DNA of 63,404 nucleotides, filler included, from Octopus bimaculoides (GCF_001194135.2; 6 parts of 5 records of this genome joined end to end with filler, not necessarily neighbours in it), one strand, 5' to 3'; positions 11,865 to 23,150 are shown, counted from the whole stretch's first letter. The notes: generated by a model not told the origin, from the letters alone. Made by a program: numbers and translations.

Positions 11865-12172
11865 GCCTAAGAAAAATACTGTCAACCTCTCTCCAATAGT
11901 CCCGGTCCTCCATTGCCAACTTCAATTCAGGAACTGATAGGCTGCTCTCGATACAGCATATGTTGTAGCCAGTCAGACTGCTCTTGTGGCTATGCGTTGG
12001 TTCCCAGAGTAACACATTCGTTCCTGGGCCAGTATTTGTTCCTGAACCAGTAGCAGTACCCAGCACAACGAATTTGGCAGTCATCTCTCCCGAGAAGACA
12101 AAAGGTCATCTTCTTCAAAGCAACGGTTGAAAATGTGCTACTTTACGGCTTTGAAACTTGGACCCTGACATA
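11865..12172 (-). mobile_element. RTE-clade LINE 3' fragment with an inverted upstream piece
   Basis: Minus strand: LLWEPTH...SVPELKLAMEDRDYWREV (RTE C-terminus). Plus strand 12100-12172: KVIFFKATVENVLLYGFETWTLT (an upstream RTE motif). Confidence 0.7.
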
Positions 12173-12456
12173 ATGGTACTCCGTCGGTTACAACGACGAG
12201 AGTTCCAGTTGATCCGATCAACGGAACAGCCTGTTCGTGAAATTAACGTGCAAGTGGTTGAGCACTCCACAGACACGCGCACCCTTAATGTAGTTTTCAG
12301 GGAGATTTAGCGTGACACAGAGAGTGAACAGGTTGCCCTTTGATTACACAGGTATTACTCATTTTTACCAGCTGAGTGAACTGGAGCAACGTGAAATAAA
12401 GCGTCTTGTTCAAGGATACAACGCGTCGCCGGGAATTGAACTTACAATCTTACGAT

Positions 12457-12556
12457 TGAAACGTTTCGGCTGATTTACTCTCCAACCTTCATCAGGTGCC
12501 CTGGTAGAATTTTGAACCTAACATGGGCTCTCATTCCTAAGGTATTTGTTTTGCTG

Positions 12557-12600
<44 letters not shown>

Positions 12601-12725
12601 NNNNNNNNNNNNNNNNNNNNNNNNNNGAAACGTTTCGGCTGATTTACTCTCCAACCTTCATCAGGTGCCCTGGTAGAATTTTGAACCTAACATGGGCTCT
12701 CATTCCTAAGGTATTTGTTTTGCTG

Positions 12726-12799
<74 letters not shown>

Positions 12800-12979
12800 T
12801 CAGCAAAAAAAAAACCTTACGAATGAAAACCCAGGATTGGGTTCAAAATTCTACCAAGGCACCTGATGAAAGCTGGAGAGTAAATCAGCCGAAACGTTGT
12901 GGTAACAACAAACAAGATGAGGACACATATCCGTCCAGTGTAAATAATGTACAGAATTCCTCATCTCAAAAATATAGAA
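12457..12979. mobile_element. Penelope-like pseudo-LTR insertion: inverted partial arm, (AAT)n, forward arm
   Basis: Arms 12457-12558 (repeated at 12627-12729 across an N gap) and 12797-12979 are inverted and diverged. Each carries a CTGATGA..GAAAC hammerhead core. Flanked by CTTACGAT (12449-12456 / 12980-12987). Confidence 0.8.
12857..12903 (+). ncRNA. Minimal type I hammerhead ribozyme (PLE-associated, family A)
   Basis: CAC-CUGAUGA(12863-69)-A-AGCUG..CAGCC-GAAA(12891-94)-CGUU/GUG. Palindromic ACGU stem III, CAC:GUG stem I, predicted cut after 12898. One stem II mismatch in this copy. Confidence 0.7.
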
Positions 12980-13068
12980 CTTACGATCGTAAGCCGAATA
13001 CTCTAACCAGTAAGCCATGCGCCCTCACTAGGACCCTGACATAAACGTTGCAGGAACGACTAGACGGA

Positions 13069-14760
13069 TGATTAGTCAGTTCGAGTGTCGTTTTGTTTGA
13101 TTTGTCTCTGTAATTCACATATAATTTTCTAAAGTGACAGGCATTGAATTTTTGTTGATCCTTCCCTGATTGACATGTTGCTGTTCTGTCTATGACGCTC
13201 TCAGTACAGGCTATATATATCACAACATTACATTCAAGAATGTCACACAATATCACAATTTACCATGCTGCTGACATCTACAAAAAAAAAAGTCTCATGC
13301 TATAACTCTTCTGTAATAAATGGCTAATAGCGCAGTCAGGAGACAATCAGACTAGGATTCTTAATAACAATAGTGGGGAACCCATCGTGTGTGGGTGCCA
13401 TTTCGCTTACATTCAAATTTGAAATAATCCGCTGACTAACTCTTATCAACTCTCTATTTTTACGAATAAAAACTGTTTGATTGTTTAGAAGTAGTAATTT
13501 AATAAATGTTGCATAAATAAGCGCTGGATATCGAATGGCAACAGAGGGTGACCAATAAAGACCTCTACATGAGAATATCTTCATATTTTAAACTCTTTCA
13601 AAATCTCAAATATTACAACAAACTTTTAACGAAATCTTAATTGTTAGTATTTGGTCTCCTTTCATCCGCGATACACCGTTGCTACTCACTGATGAACATC
13701 TACAGTAAAACGTCCAAATTGCTGTAGCTTGAGATCTGTAGATGAAACTTGCACTAGCTCAACTAAAACAAAAGCAGATGCAATAAGGAAAATAACAACA
13801 ACAATAAGGCCCGAACATTTTGTGGGGATAGTGTTTGTCAAATAAATCGACCTCAGTGCTCAACTGGTGCTTATTTTATCGACCATGAAAGGACGAAAGG
13901 CAAAGTTAGCTTCGGCAGAAGTTGAACCTAGAACGTTAAGAGCAGGAAGAAATACTGCTAAGGATTTTGTCCGACTCCCTAAAGATTCTACCAGCACGCT
14001 GCTTTAATTGTTTAAACTAGGCCAGCAGTTTTACGGGGTGGGGGTTAGTGGATTAGATCGACCCCACTACTGACTAGTATTTCATTTTATCAACCCGCAG
14101 AAGAATGAAAAACAAGGTTGACTTCGGTTAAATTTTAACTCAGAACGTAGAGTGGAACAAAACATTTTGTCCAATGCTTTAATTGTTCTGCCAACCAACC
14201 AATGGCTATTATTCATTAAAACAAAACAAAAACAAAGAAACAACTCTCTAACCTCCATGGTGATTTGAGCGACTGATATGTCCTGATGTGGAGCACATAA
14301 AGTTGGTTCTATTTCAGTTGTTACATTTATTAACTTACTAGTTCTAAAGAATTGAACAGTTTTTATTCGTAAAAATAAACAATTCATGAGTTACTCAGTG
14401 GATTATTTCAAATTTAAATGTAAGCAAAATGCCACCCACGCACAATGGGTTCCCCACCATTGTTATTGAGAATCCTAGTCTGATTGTCTCCTGACTGCGC
14501 TATTAGCTATTTATTACAGAAGAATTATAGCATGAGACTTTTTTTTTCAGATGTCAGCAGTATGAGAAATTGTGATGTTTTGTGACATTCTTGAATGTAA
14601 TGTTGCGATATATAAAGCCTGTTCTGAGTGCGTCGTAGACATAACATCAACATGTCAATCAGGGAAGGATCAACAAAAACTCAATGCCTGTCACTTTAGA
14701 CAATTATATGTGAATTACAGAGACAAATCAAACAAAACGACACTCGAACTAACTAATCAA
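13069..14760. mobile_element. Foldback element with about 450-bp imperfect inverted arms
   Basis: 13069-13520 is the reverse complement of about 14315-14760 (ORFs 12981..13256- and 14572..14781+ are near-identical translations). No TSD found. Confidence 0.85.
13806..14200 (-). mobile_element. Two tandem, degraded family 2 SINEs inside the foldback spacer
   Basis: Two successive ATCGACC..TTTTATC..GAAAGG..TTGAAC.CAGAACGT units. Confidence 0.7.
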
Positions 14761-15117
14761 ACCAAGCGAAACTCGAACTGAATGAATACAATCTCGACTA
14801 TAGACGTCAAAACTAATGAGTTGCTGTTGTTTAATTATGAGTTGATTTCTGCCGTTCCGTTGTTTTATTCAGACTTAGTGTAAGTAGAACTACATAAACG
14901 AATGTCATTCTTTATAAGGTGTGAAAGCGTATTTTTAAAGGGATATTCAACTGGCATTTCTAGGACGGCAATCGATCACATATAACTAATGAATTTCTTT
15001 GTCATGGTGTTAAAAATGGCACATGCAATTATATTCATATCAAGAAGTTTTGTGTAAGGTGACGGTTTCTGCTTATGATTGTTCGGGAATTGTTACCAAC
15101 CGAAATATAGTTTAAGA

Positions 15118-16043
15118 GGATCTTTTCCCTTTGGCCGGCACATTTAAAAAATAATTTTTTGTAACTAAACACTTTCAAAATTCGTATACTGGTAGAATGT
15201 GTCACATAAAACATCATTTACTCTTGGCGTTTTTGAGAAAATTGTGTATTTTCGAAGTTATTTCATGTTAAAGTTGTATTTCGGTAATTTCAACCAATCA
15301 ATGACGTCTATTGAGGTGAAAACAATTACTGCTGTTGTTTGTCAACAACAACTTCCGGCGGTGTATATTTCGTTTGTCACTGTTATTTATGACATATTTC
15401 ATCTCAGTTACGTTTGTATGAATAAACGAGTGTATCTGAAGCATGTTTNNNNNNNNNNNNNNNNNNNNNNNNNNNNNNNNNNNNNNNNNNNNNNNNNNNN
15501 NNNNNNNNNNNNNNNNNNNNNNNNNNNNNNNNNNNNNNNNNNNNNNNNNNNNNNNNNNNNNNNNNNNNNNNNNNNNNNNNNNNNNNNNNNNNNNNNNNNA
15601 AACCTTAACCCTGAGCCTAAAACCTTAATCCTAATTCTAAAATCCGAACCCTAACCCTAACTCTGATACTCTATCCCTAACCCTAAAACCTTAACTCTGA
15701 CCCTAAAACCCGAACCCTAACTCTAAAACCCTAAAGCTAAAACCAGTACAAACGCACGAACGATGTCATAAATAACAGTGACAAACGAAGTATACACCGC
15801 CGATAGTTGTTGTTGACAAACAACGGCAGTAATTTCATTCAGCTGAATACACGTCATTGATTGGTTCAAATTACCGAAATACGACAACTTTAACACGAAA
15901 TAACTTTAAAAATATAAACTTTTCTAAACAACACTAAGAGTAAAAGATGTTTTATATGACACATTCTACCAGTGTCTGAAGTTTGAAAGTGTTTAGTTAC
16001 AAAAAATTAATTTCTCGATGTGCCGTTCAAAAGGAAAGGATCC
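15118..16043. mobile_element. Merlin-like MITE, copy 2, with a one-sided TAACCC/TAAAACCC array
   Basis: Ends GGATCTTTTCCCTTTG / CAAAAGGAAAGGATCC. Perfect 8-bp direct repeat GTTTAAGA at 15110-15117 and 16044-16051. Arms homologous to 4405-5304. Telomere-like array at about 15600-15742. Confidence 0.88.
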
Positions 16044-16624
16044 GTTTAAGATAGATAGGGAGTGATAAATTATAGAAAGCTAAGTTGAAGTTCTTGTTCT
16101 TCATAACAAAGTCAAACTTAACTGAACAAACTTATGATCAAACTTTCCATCTTCGATCATCTCATCTATTTAAAAGTATCTAAAACTACATTAACCAATC
16201 CGTACTTCTGTTTTTTAAAGATGGTAAAGTGTGATTTGAACGAGATTCACCTTCTCTTTCTAGAATGTCGTCGGGTGGTTGCATAGAAGCACCTTTACTG
16301 GCTCACGAAATTTGAGTTAGTTAGTATAAATGAAAAGAAATATAAGCGTTTCAGACCGCTATTTATTTCAGAAAAAAATAGAGTATTGAAATAAAGAAAT
16401 TGGTCTCGTATAGATTTCGACGAATGAGGGCTCCAGAAATTCAGTCAACAGAATTCCTTATGTATTAAAGTCTAAGCAACAGAGCATGACACAGGCACGT
16501 ACTTGCACTTTTATTCCTCAAACTGGTTTTAGCGTTAGCATGCGGCAATGATGGTTACAATTTTTACAAACACCATGATTTTAAATTTACGCGTCTGAAT
16601 GTAAATTTATATACTTTCTAATTT

Positions 16625-17485
16625 TGGAACAAGGCCAGCAGTTTCGACTGGAAGAGGATGTCGATTACACTTCCCAGTATTTTACTGGCACTTATTTTAT
16701 CGACTCCGAAAAGATGACCAGCTAGGTCATCGTCGGTGACCAGTTCACCGCCTTAGTAAATTAATATTTTTTCTACTAATAAGACGGTGAGATGGCAGAA
16801 TTGTTAGCTCATCGAGCAAAATGCTTAGCGGCATTTCGTCCGTCTTTACGTTCTGAGTTTAAATACTGCCGGGGGTCGACTTTGCCTTTCGTCCTTTAGG
16901 GATCGATAAAACGTACTAGTTTAGCAGTGGGGTCGATATATTCGACTTACAACCTCTCCCGAAATTTATGGCCTTGTGCCAAAGTTTCGAATCAACATTT
17001 CTTTCTACAATAAGCACAACGCCTGAAATTTGCGGTGAGGGGCTAGTCGATTACATTAATCGAATGCTGAGCCGGACGAAATGCAGCTAAACATTTTTCC
17101 CGGCGTACTAACGATTCTACCAGGTCATTGCCCTATTGTAAATTAATATTGGTTTCAAATTTTGGCACAAGGTCAGTAATTTCAAGAGAGGGAGTAAGTC
17201 GATTACATCTACTCAATGCTCGACTGGTACTTATCTTCTCGAACCCGAAAAGACTGTAAATTAATATTGATTTTAAATTTTGACACAAAGCCAGCAAGTT
17301 CAGGAGAGGGATTAAGTCGATTACATCGACCCCAGTGATTAACTGGTACTTATTTTATCGACCCCGAAAGGATGAAAGGAAAAATCGACCTCGGCGGAAT
17401 TTAAACTCAGAGTATGAAGACGGACGAATTGCCGCCACACATCTTGCCTGGCGTGCTAACGATTTTGCCAGCTCACCGCCTTATA
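16625..17485. mobile_element. Cluster of about 5 family 2 SINE copies in mixed orientation
   Basis: Forward copy at about 16783-17010, the others reverse. Spacer motif GTAAATTAATATT recurs at about 16756, 17138, 17256 and 17486. Confidence 0.75.
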
Positions 17486-17744
17486 GTAAATTAATATTAA
17501 AAGATGACAATAACTATAATTACAAGGATCAAAATATATACGGTTACTCTGTCACTATAATCTGTATTATTTAGCGACTTTGATTAAAATTGTAACGAAT
17601 GTAGAGGAAAACTGGAAAAAGAAATGTTTTCTCTGCTACAATAATCGCGGCCAGGTGTTGATTAAAATTTATAGTGTATGTCTAGTATAAAATACCAATA
17701 ATACGACGATATTGAAAAACAACCGTAATTATAAAAGTTTATAA

Positions 17745-19560
17745 TTCAATTTCTGCTGCATCTGCAGTCATATTTATTTTGTCTGTCTGTTTTTCGTGAT
17801 ACGGAAGTATAGTCGGATGATTTTAATTTCTCTTCTGTCATTTTTGACCGAAGACATGTCTTTAATCGCTTTGCTAGAGAAAATGTTCGTTCAGCTGTAG
17901 CAGATGTTGTAGGAATTATCAGTAAAAGTTGGCAATTTTTTTCCAAAATCTATGATATTATGTGATTGCCATCGGCTGCTTTGTCATGCAGATGGCTTAC
18001 AATGTCAGCCAAACTTCAAACAAAGGTCTTTCTGACAGAAATTTCAAATGCCAGAAGTTGAGCTATCAAAGAATTAATGTCAATAGCGTCGGCAAATGTT
18101 TCTTTTATAAAATTTGTTCCTGATGAGGTGTTCTCTTTGTTCATCGCCTCTAAAAGCATTGTCACCAGCCTTCAATATACACTTTTGATCTCGCCTTATC
18201 AAAGACCGCTCTTCGATAAAAGAAATTATTGTATCTACGACCTCTAAATACACATGTCTGCAATAGTCTCGAACTGTTGGTAGAACTGTTCCCATTTCAT
18301 TTTTATCTTGAGAACTTCCGCTTCCGTGGCGATACAGGTTCTGAAACGAAAATGTATTTCCCGGCTTTCCATGCAATATCAGCATAGAGGATATCAAATG
18401 AATCTTCATTCTTCATATCTTTTGAACATGTCTGTTAATCTCAGCCACCCTCTTTCTTCTTGATGACATTTCAACTGTTTGCAGCAACTTTGATAAATTT
18501 CCTAAATACAAGAGGTGGCCGAGATTTAGACTAAATGCAGAAATCGACGTTTCCATTTGCACACGGCACCCAGTTATATGGTCCCGAACATCAGCAGTCA
18601 ATTGTGGCTACACATTCTTACCAACATTCAAATAGAACTGAATGATTTGCGAGAATTCGTCAAAAGCAACCAGTACCTACTGTCCATCTCCTTACACTCA
18701 GAGCTAAGATCCCACCGACTATCAAAACTAAACTCTTCTTTAGTGAATATTTGATTAGAGCAACAATCTTCTTACTGTCACTCATCTTGTCATATAAAGT
18801 ATTCTAAAATGCATCGCAGTTTTCTTAACACACGAACTTAATGTACAAGGGAGTGAATTGTTAAAGAATTCACTTGGTGTTCTTTCTAAGACTTGACTTC
18901 TGTGGGGTTTTCCCAAGTATGTTTGTCGCTGTTTCTAAACATTACTACTCTTCAATTTTGCCAGCTCACCGCCTTATAGTAAATTAATATTAAAAGATGG
19001 CAATAACTATAATGGCTTACAATGAAAACACATACATTTCTCGTTGACCCTCAAGTGTTTGTCAATGCAATAAATACATAATTTGTCAGCAATAATTGAA
19101 TATTTGTAAGATTAACGAAGTCAGTTTTACAGAACATAACTAATTTTGTATACCGTAGCTAAGGCATCATCTATGTCTATCATCTGTATAGAGTCACTCC
19201 AAGAAGATCGGAATAATTTTTAGCCCTCAACCGTACTAGTTCATACAAGTTAAATGATTCTCCAGTATTTTCTTGTATAACTGTTTCTTGTCGGCAAAGA
19301 AAGTGCGAAAGAAATTGCGAACACTCAATAACTTGTAATTATCATTTACAACATATTTGTATATCTTGTCTTACAGTTTCACCTAACAATTTTCTAATGT
19401 TATTTTTACATTTAGTAAACAGTACTTCTCGTTCGATATCCGCATGAGGATATTCAGAGAGTCGACGTTTCTGAAAATAACAGGGAACATCTTTTTCAAT
19501 TACAAATCTTTCTGTAAAAAAAAAACATGCTGTAATTTTGAATTTTCTTTATAATTTGCC
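17745..19560 (-). pseudogene. hAT (ZMYM1-like, Ac-type) transposase relic
   Basis: Minus-strand pieces in the expected order: LCIYCIDKHLRVNEK, IVALIKYSLKK, LSVRRWTV (cf. LCPTRWT), NLSKLLQ, YLEVVDTIISFIEER and LLLIIPTTSATAERTFSLAKRLKTCLRSKMTEEKL (hAT dimerisation domain). Confidence 0.85.
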
Positions 19561-20330
19561 CGATCGTAATTTTGGTCTTAATGAATGATATCAGAAACTG
19601 TGAACTAAATAGATCGGAAAATAGTTCCTGCTTGCTAAAATGTCACACTGGAAAATACATAATTCATCGGGTAAGTAATAGAATTAAACCGGGTTTCGTT
19701 AGCTAATTGTACAGATGTTGATCTGGACAATGAAGCCTAAACTACAGCAGTAGAAATGACTTTGCTTAGAAGTCACCGGTTGTACGTGCAATTATGTAAT
19801 ACGGTTGATTTTAGCAACCGATTAACAAGTACTATTAGGGTTTATCGATTTTGAATAAGAAAAGAATTTAGCATCGTCTTTTTACCTGCAACTGTCGGAG
19901 ATACTTGAAATTGTTTAATAATCTTATTAAACAAAATTTTAAAATCAAACACTTTTTTCAGAGGATATTTGATATTTTCCGTATTTTAATTAATAATTAT
20001 AATAATCTGAGAAATTAAAGTTTGTGACCCGTTCAGAGTAATATCATATATGGACGCTTAATTATCTGATACTGAAATGAGTTCAGAATAGACAGATGGA
20101 TAATACATGATATTTTTAAATGTGTGACAGAAACACACAGACAACATACTCTTTCACGCTTGGAGCTAACTATAATTAAGGTTTGTGAAAAATCATATTT
20201 CTCATCTCAATAGCAATTTATGAAGACTTAAGGCTATTCCTGAAACTTTAACTTCCCAGTTTTCTTAAATTCTGACCATTACCAGTATATTCCGCACACG
20301 ATTATATTATACTGTTATTATCCCGTCAGT

Positions 20331-20495
20331 GTGAAGGCGCGTGGCTTAGTGGTTAGGGTATTCGATTCACGATCGCAACGTTAAGGATAGATGTGTCTGT
20401 GGAGTGCTCAGCCACAAGCACGTTAATTTCACAAGCAGGCTGTTCCGTTTATCGGGTCAACTGAAACCCTCGCCGTTGTAACCGACGGAATGCCA
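20331..20495 (+). mobile_element. Internally deleted family 3 SINE
   Basis: Head GTGAAGGCGCGTGGCTTAGTGGTTAGGG joined directly to the tail region GTGTCTGTGGAGTGCTCAGCC...ACCGACGGAATGCCA. Confidence 0.8.
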
Positions 20496-20509
20496 GTCAT
20501 CAATTCAAT

Positions 20510-21510
20510 GCAAGGCAGCGAGCTGGCAAAATCGTTACCTTTCCGGACAAAATGCTTCGCAACATTTCATCCGTGTTTACATTCAGAAGTGCTAAAATTT
20601 GAAACCATTAGCAATTTACTGCATGAACTGTTTTAAATAATGGCTTCACATTTTGACACAAAGCCAGCAACTTTTGGAGTAAGTCAGCTTTGTCTTTCTT
20701 CCTTTCAGGTCGATAAAATAAGTACCAGCTGAACACTGGTACTTATTTTATCGACCTGAAAGGAAGAAAGGCAAAGTTGACCGTAGCGGAATTTGAACTT
20801 AGAACGTAAAGAGTTTGAAGAAATGTCGCTAAGTGTTTTGTCCAACGCGCTAACGATTCTGCTAAATCACTGCATAGGAGCTATTTTAAATAAGTGCTTC
20901 TTCGTTTATAATGTAGGCACAAGGCCAAAAATTTAAGGGATGGAGTTAGTCGATAACATCTACACAAGTACATGATTCGTACATTATTTTATCGACTCCG
21001 AAAGGATGAAAGGCATATTTGATTTGTCAAGTAATTTGAACTCAGCAAGTAATGAGTCGAAAGAAATGCCGCTAAGCTTTTTAGCTGACGCGCTAATGAT
21101 TCAGCCTGCTCGCCGCCTTTAAATTCTTTCTACAAAGGCATGAAATTTTAGGAAAGGGGCTAGTCCATTACATCGACACGTGCTCAACTGGTACTCATTT
21201 TATCAACTCGACAGGATAAAAGGCAAAGTCGACCTCGACGGAATTTGAACTCAGAAAGTACTGCCTAAGCATTTTGTCCGACATGCTAACGATTCTGTCA
21301 GCTCGCTGCCTATGAGCTATTTTAAATAATCCTTTTCACTGTAGGCAGACGGCCTGAAGTTTTGAGGAAGTGGGGCTAGTCGATTATACCAACTCCAGTG
21401 CTGAAGTGGTACTTATTTCATCGAACGCCGAAAGGATGAAGGGCAAAGTCGACCTCGGTGACATATGAATCCGTTACATACAGACGGACGAAATGCTACT
21501 GAGCATGGCT
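20510..21510 (-). repeat. Tandem array of family 2 SINE-derived units, about 200 bp each
   Basis: Four consecutive same-orientation units between about 20735 and 21505, preceded by forward partials. Spacer GAGCTATTTTAAATAA at about 20878 and 21315, with a variant at about 20585. Confidence 0.75.
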
Positions 21511-21910
21511 ACTATCTAATGACTGAGACAATTAAAAGATAAAAGACAAGAGAAGACTCCAAATTTCGCTTAGGTCAATTTTTATACATCTTAAATAAAG
21601 ATAAAAATGCATTGCCTGTGTCTTGTTTTTATGAATATCGTCACACTTCCCATATCTAATTTAATATAACGAAAATAATCTGGTTGGCAGGCATTGTAAT
21701 ATAAAAAAAAGTATGAAAAAAAGAATAGATAGAAAAATGTGTATACAAATTAATAAATAAAAGTGGAACAACGAGTGTATATGTACACATAGACTGATAA
21801 ATACCTGCCTATATATGTGAACTACAAAAGGGAAAGATTGTTCATTTGACATCTTTAAACATGTCACTGACATGTGTTAACATATATTTTCGGAAATATT
21901 AATATTAATC

Positions 21911-21949
<39 letters not shown>

Positions 21950-21950
<1 letters not shown>

Positions 21951-22159
21951 TTTTATTTATTATTCTTTGTTTCAGTCATTTGAATGCGGCCATGCTGGAG
22001 CACCGCCTTTAGTCGAGCAAATCGACCGCAGGACTTATTCTTTGTAAGCCTAGTACTTATTCTATTGGTCTCTCTTGCTGAACCGCTAAGTGACGGAAAC
22101 ATAAACACACCAGCATCGGTTGTCAAGCGATGTTGGGGAGACAAACACAGACACACAAA
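21950..22159 (-). mobile_element. SINE family 1 3' half, abutting the MITE at 22160
   Basis: GTTTCAGTCATTTGAATGCGGCCATGCTGGAGCACCGCC...GACAAACACAGACACACAAA directly followed by GGATC. Confidence 0.85.
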
Positions 22160-22835
22160 GGATCTTTACCCTTGAACGACATATCGAGAAATTAATTTGA
22201 AAAAACGGACTTTTCTCAACAGCACTAAGAGTAAAAGATGTTTTATATGACACATTCTACCAGTGTCCGAAGTTTGAAAGTGCTTAGTTACAAAAAATTA
22301 ATTTCAACCAATCAATGGCGTGTATTCAGCTGAATAAAATTAATGCTGTTGTTTGTCAACAACAATTTCTGGCGGTCTACATTTCGTTTGTCACTGTTAT
22401 TTATGACATATTTCATCTCAGTTACGTTTGTATGAATAAACGAGTGTATCTGAAACATGTTTACTTCATAGCACCACCACAATTGTTCGTGCATTTCTAC
22501 TGCATTTAGTTTTTTTCCCCTGTTTTTCAGCTACTATTTTCGGAAAGACATTTTTGCACCCCTCTCCGTCCAATTTCTTCATTTTTCACATTTTCCGTAA
22601 CTCTAACACTACAACCACAACCCTAACCGTAAGCGTAACCCTAAAACCTTAACCCTAAAACCCCAACCCTAACCCTAATACTAAAACCCTAACCCTAATC
22701 CTAAAACCCTAACCCTAACCCTAAAACCTAACCCTAACCCTAACCCTAAAACCCTAACCCTAACCCTAAAATCCTAATCCTAACCCTAAAACCCTAACCC
22801 TAACTCTAAATGTCATAAGTAACAGTGACAAACAG
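22160..22835. mobile_element. Merlin-like MITE, copy 3: left end plus telomere-like array, right end missing
   Basis: Starts GGATCTTTACCCTTGAACGAC. Arm homologous to copy 2. (TAACCC/TAAAACCC)n at about 22600-22808. Confidence 0.8.
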
Positions 22836-22968
22836 CAATGGTGTCGAGTGACTTAGAATAAGTCCTCAACACCACTGATAGAATAAGTATTGCGGTTGAT
22901 TTGCTTGACTAAAGGCGGTGCCCCAGCATGGCCGCAGTCAAATAAGTGAGACAAGTAAAAGAAAGGAA

Positions 22969-23017
<49 letters not shown>

Positions 23018-23061
23018 NNNNNNNNNNNNNNNNNNNNNNNNNNNNNNNNNNNNNNNNNNNN

Positions 23062-23073
23062 TTAATTAATTAA
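23062..23073. other. Artificial scaffold linker TTAATTAATTAA (also about 53851, 57479, 58614, 61483)
   Basis: The identical 12-mer is isolated between N runs five times and carries stops in all six frames. Confidence 0.9.
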
Positions 23074-23117
23074 NNNNNNNNNNNNNNNNNNNNNNNNNNN
23101 NNNNNNNNNNNNNNNNN

Positions 23118-23150
<33 letters not shown>

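Larger units (their letters stand above)
12175..13029 (-). mobile_element. SINE family 3, split into 12175-12456 and 12980-13029 by a Penelope-type insertion
   Basis: The body ends ...GAACTTACAATCTTACGAT and resumes CTTACGATCGTAAGCCGAATACTCTAACCAGTAAGCCATGCGCCCTCAC (tRNA-like head, reverse strand). Confidence 0.85.

Noticed and set aside
12627-12780. Third hammerhead arm as a true tandem LTR
   Set aside because: Identical to 12457-12600 and separated from it only by an N gap; treated as an assembly duplicate until reads say otherwise.
13688-13760. Hammerhead CTGATGA-ACATCTACAG...CTGTAGAT-GAAAC
   Set aside because: Stem II is plausible, but I could not form stem III with a UH site or any stem I.
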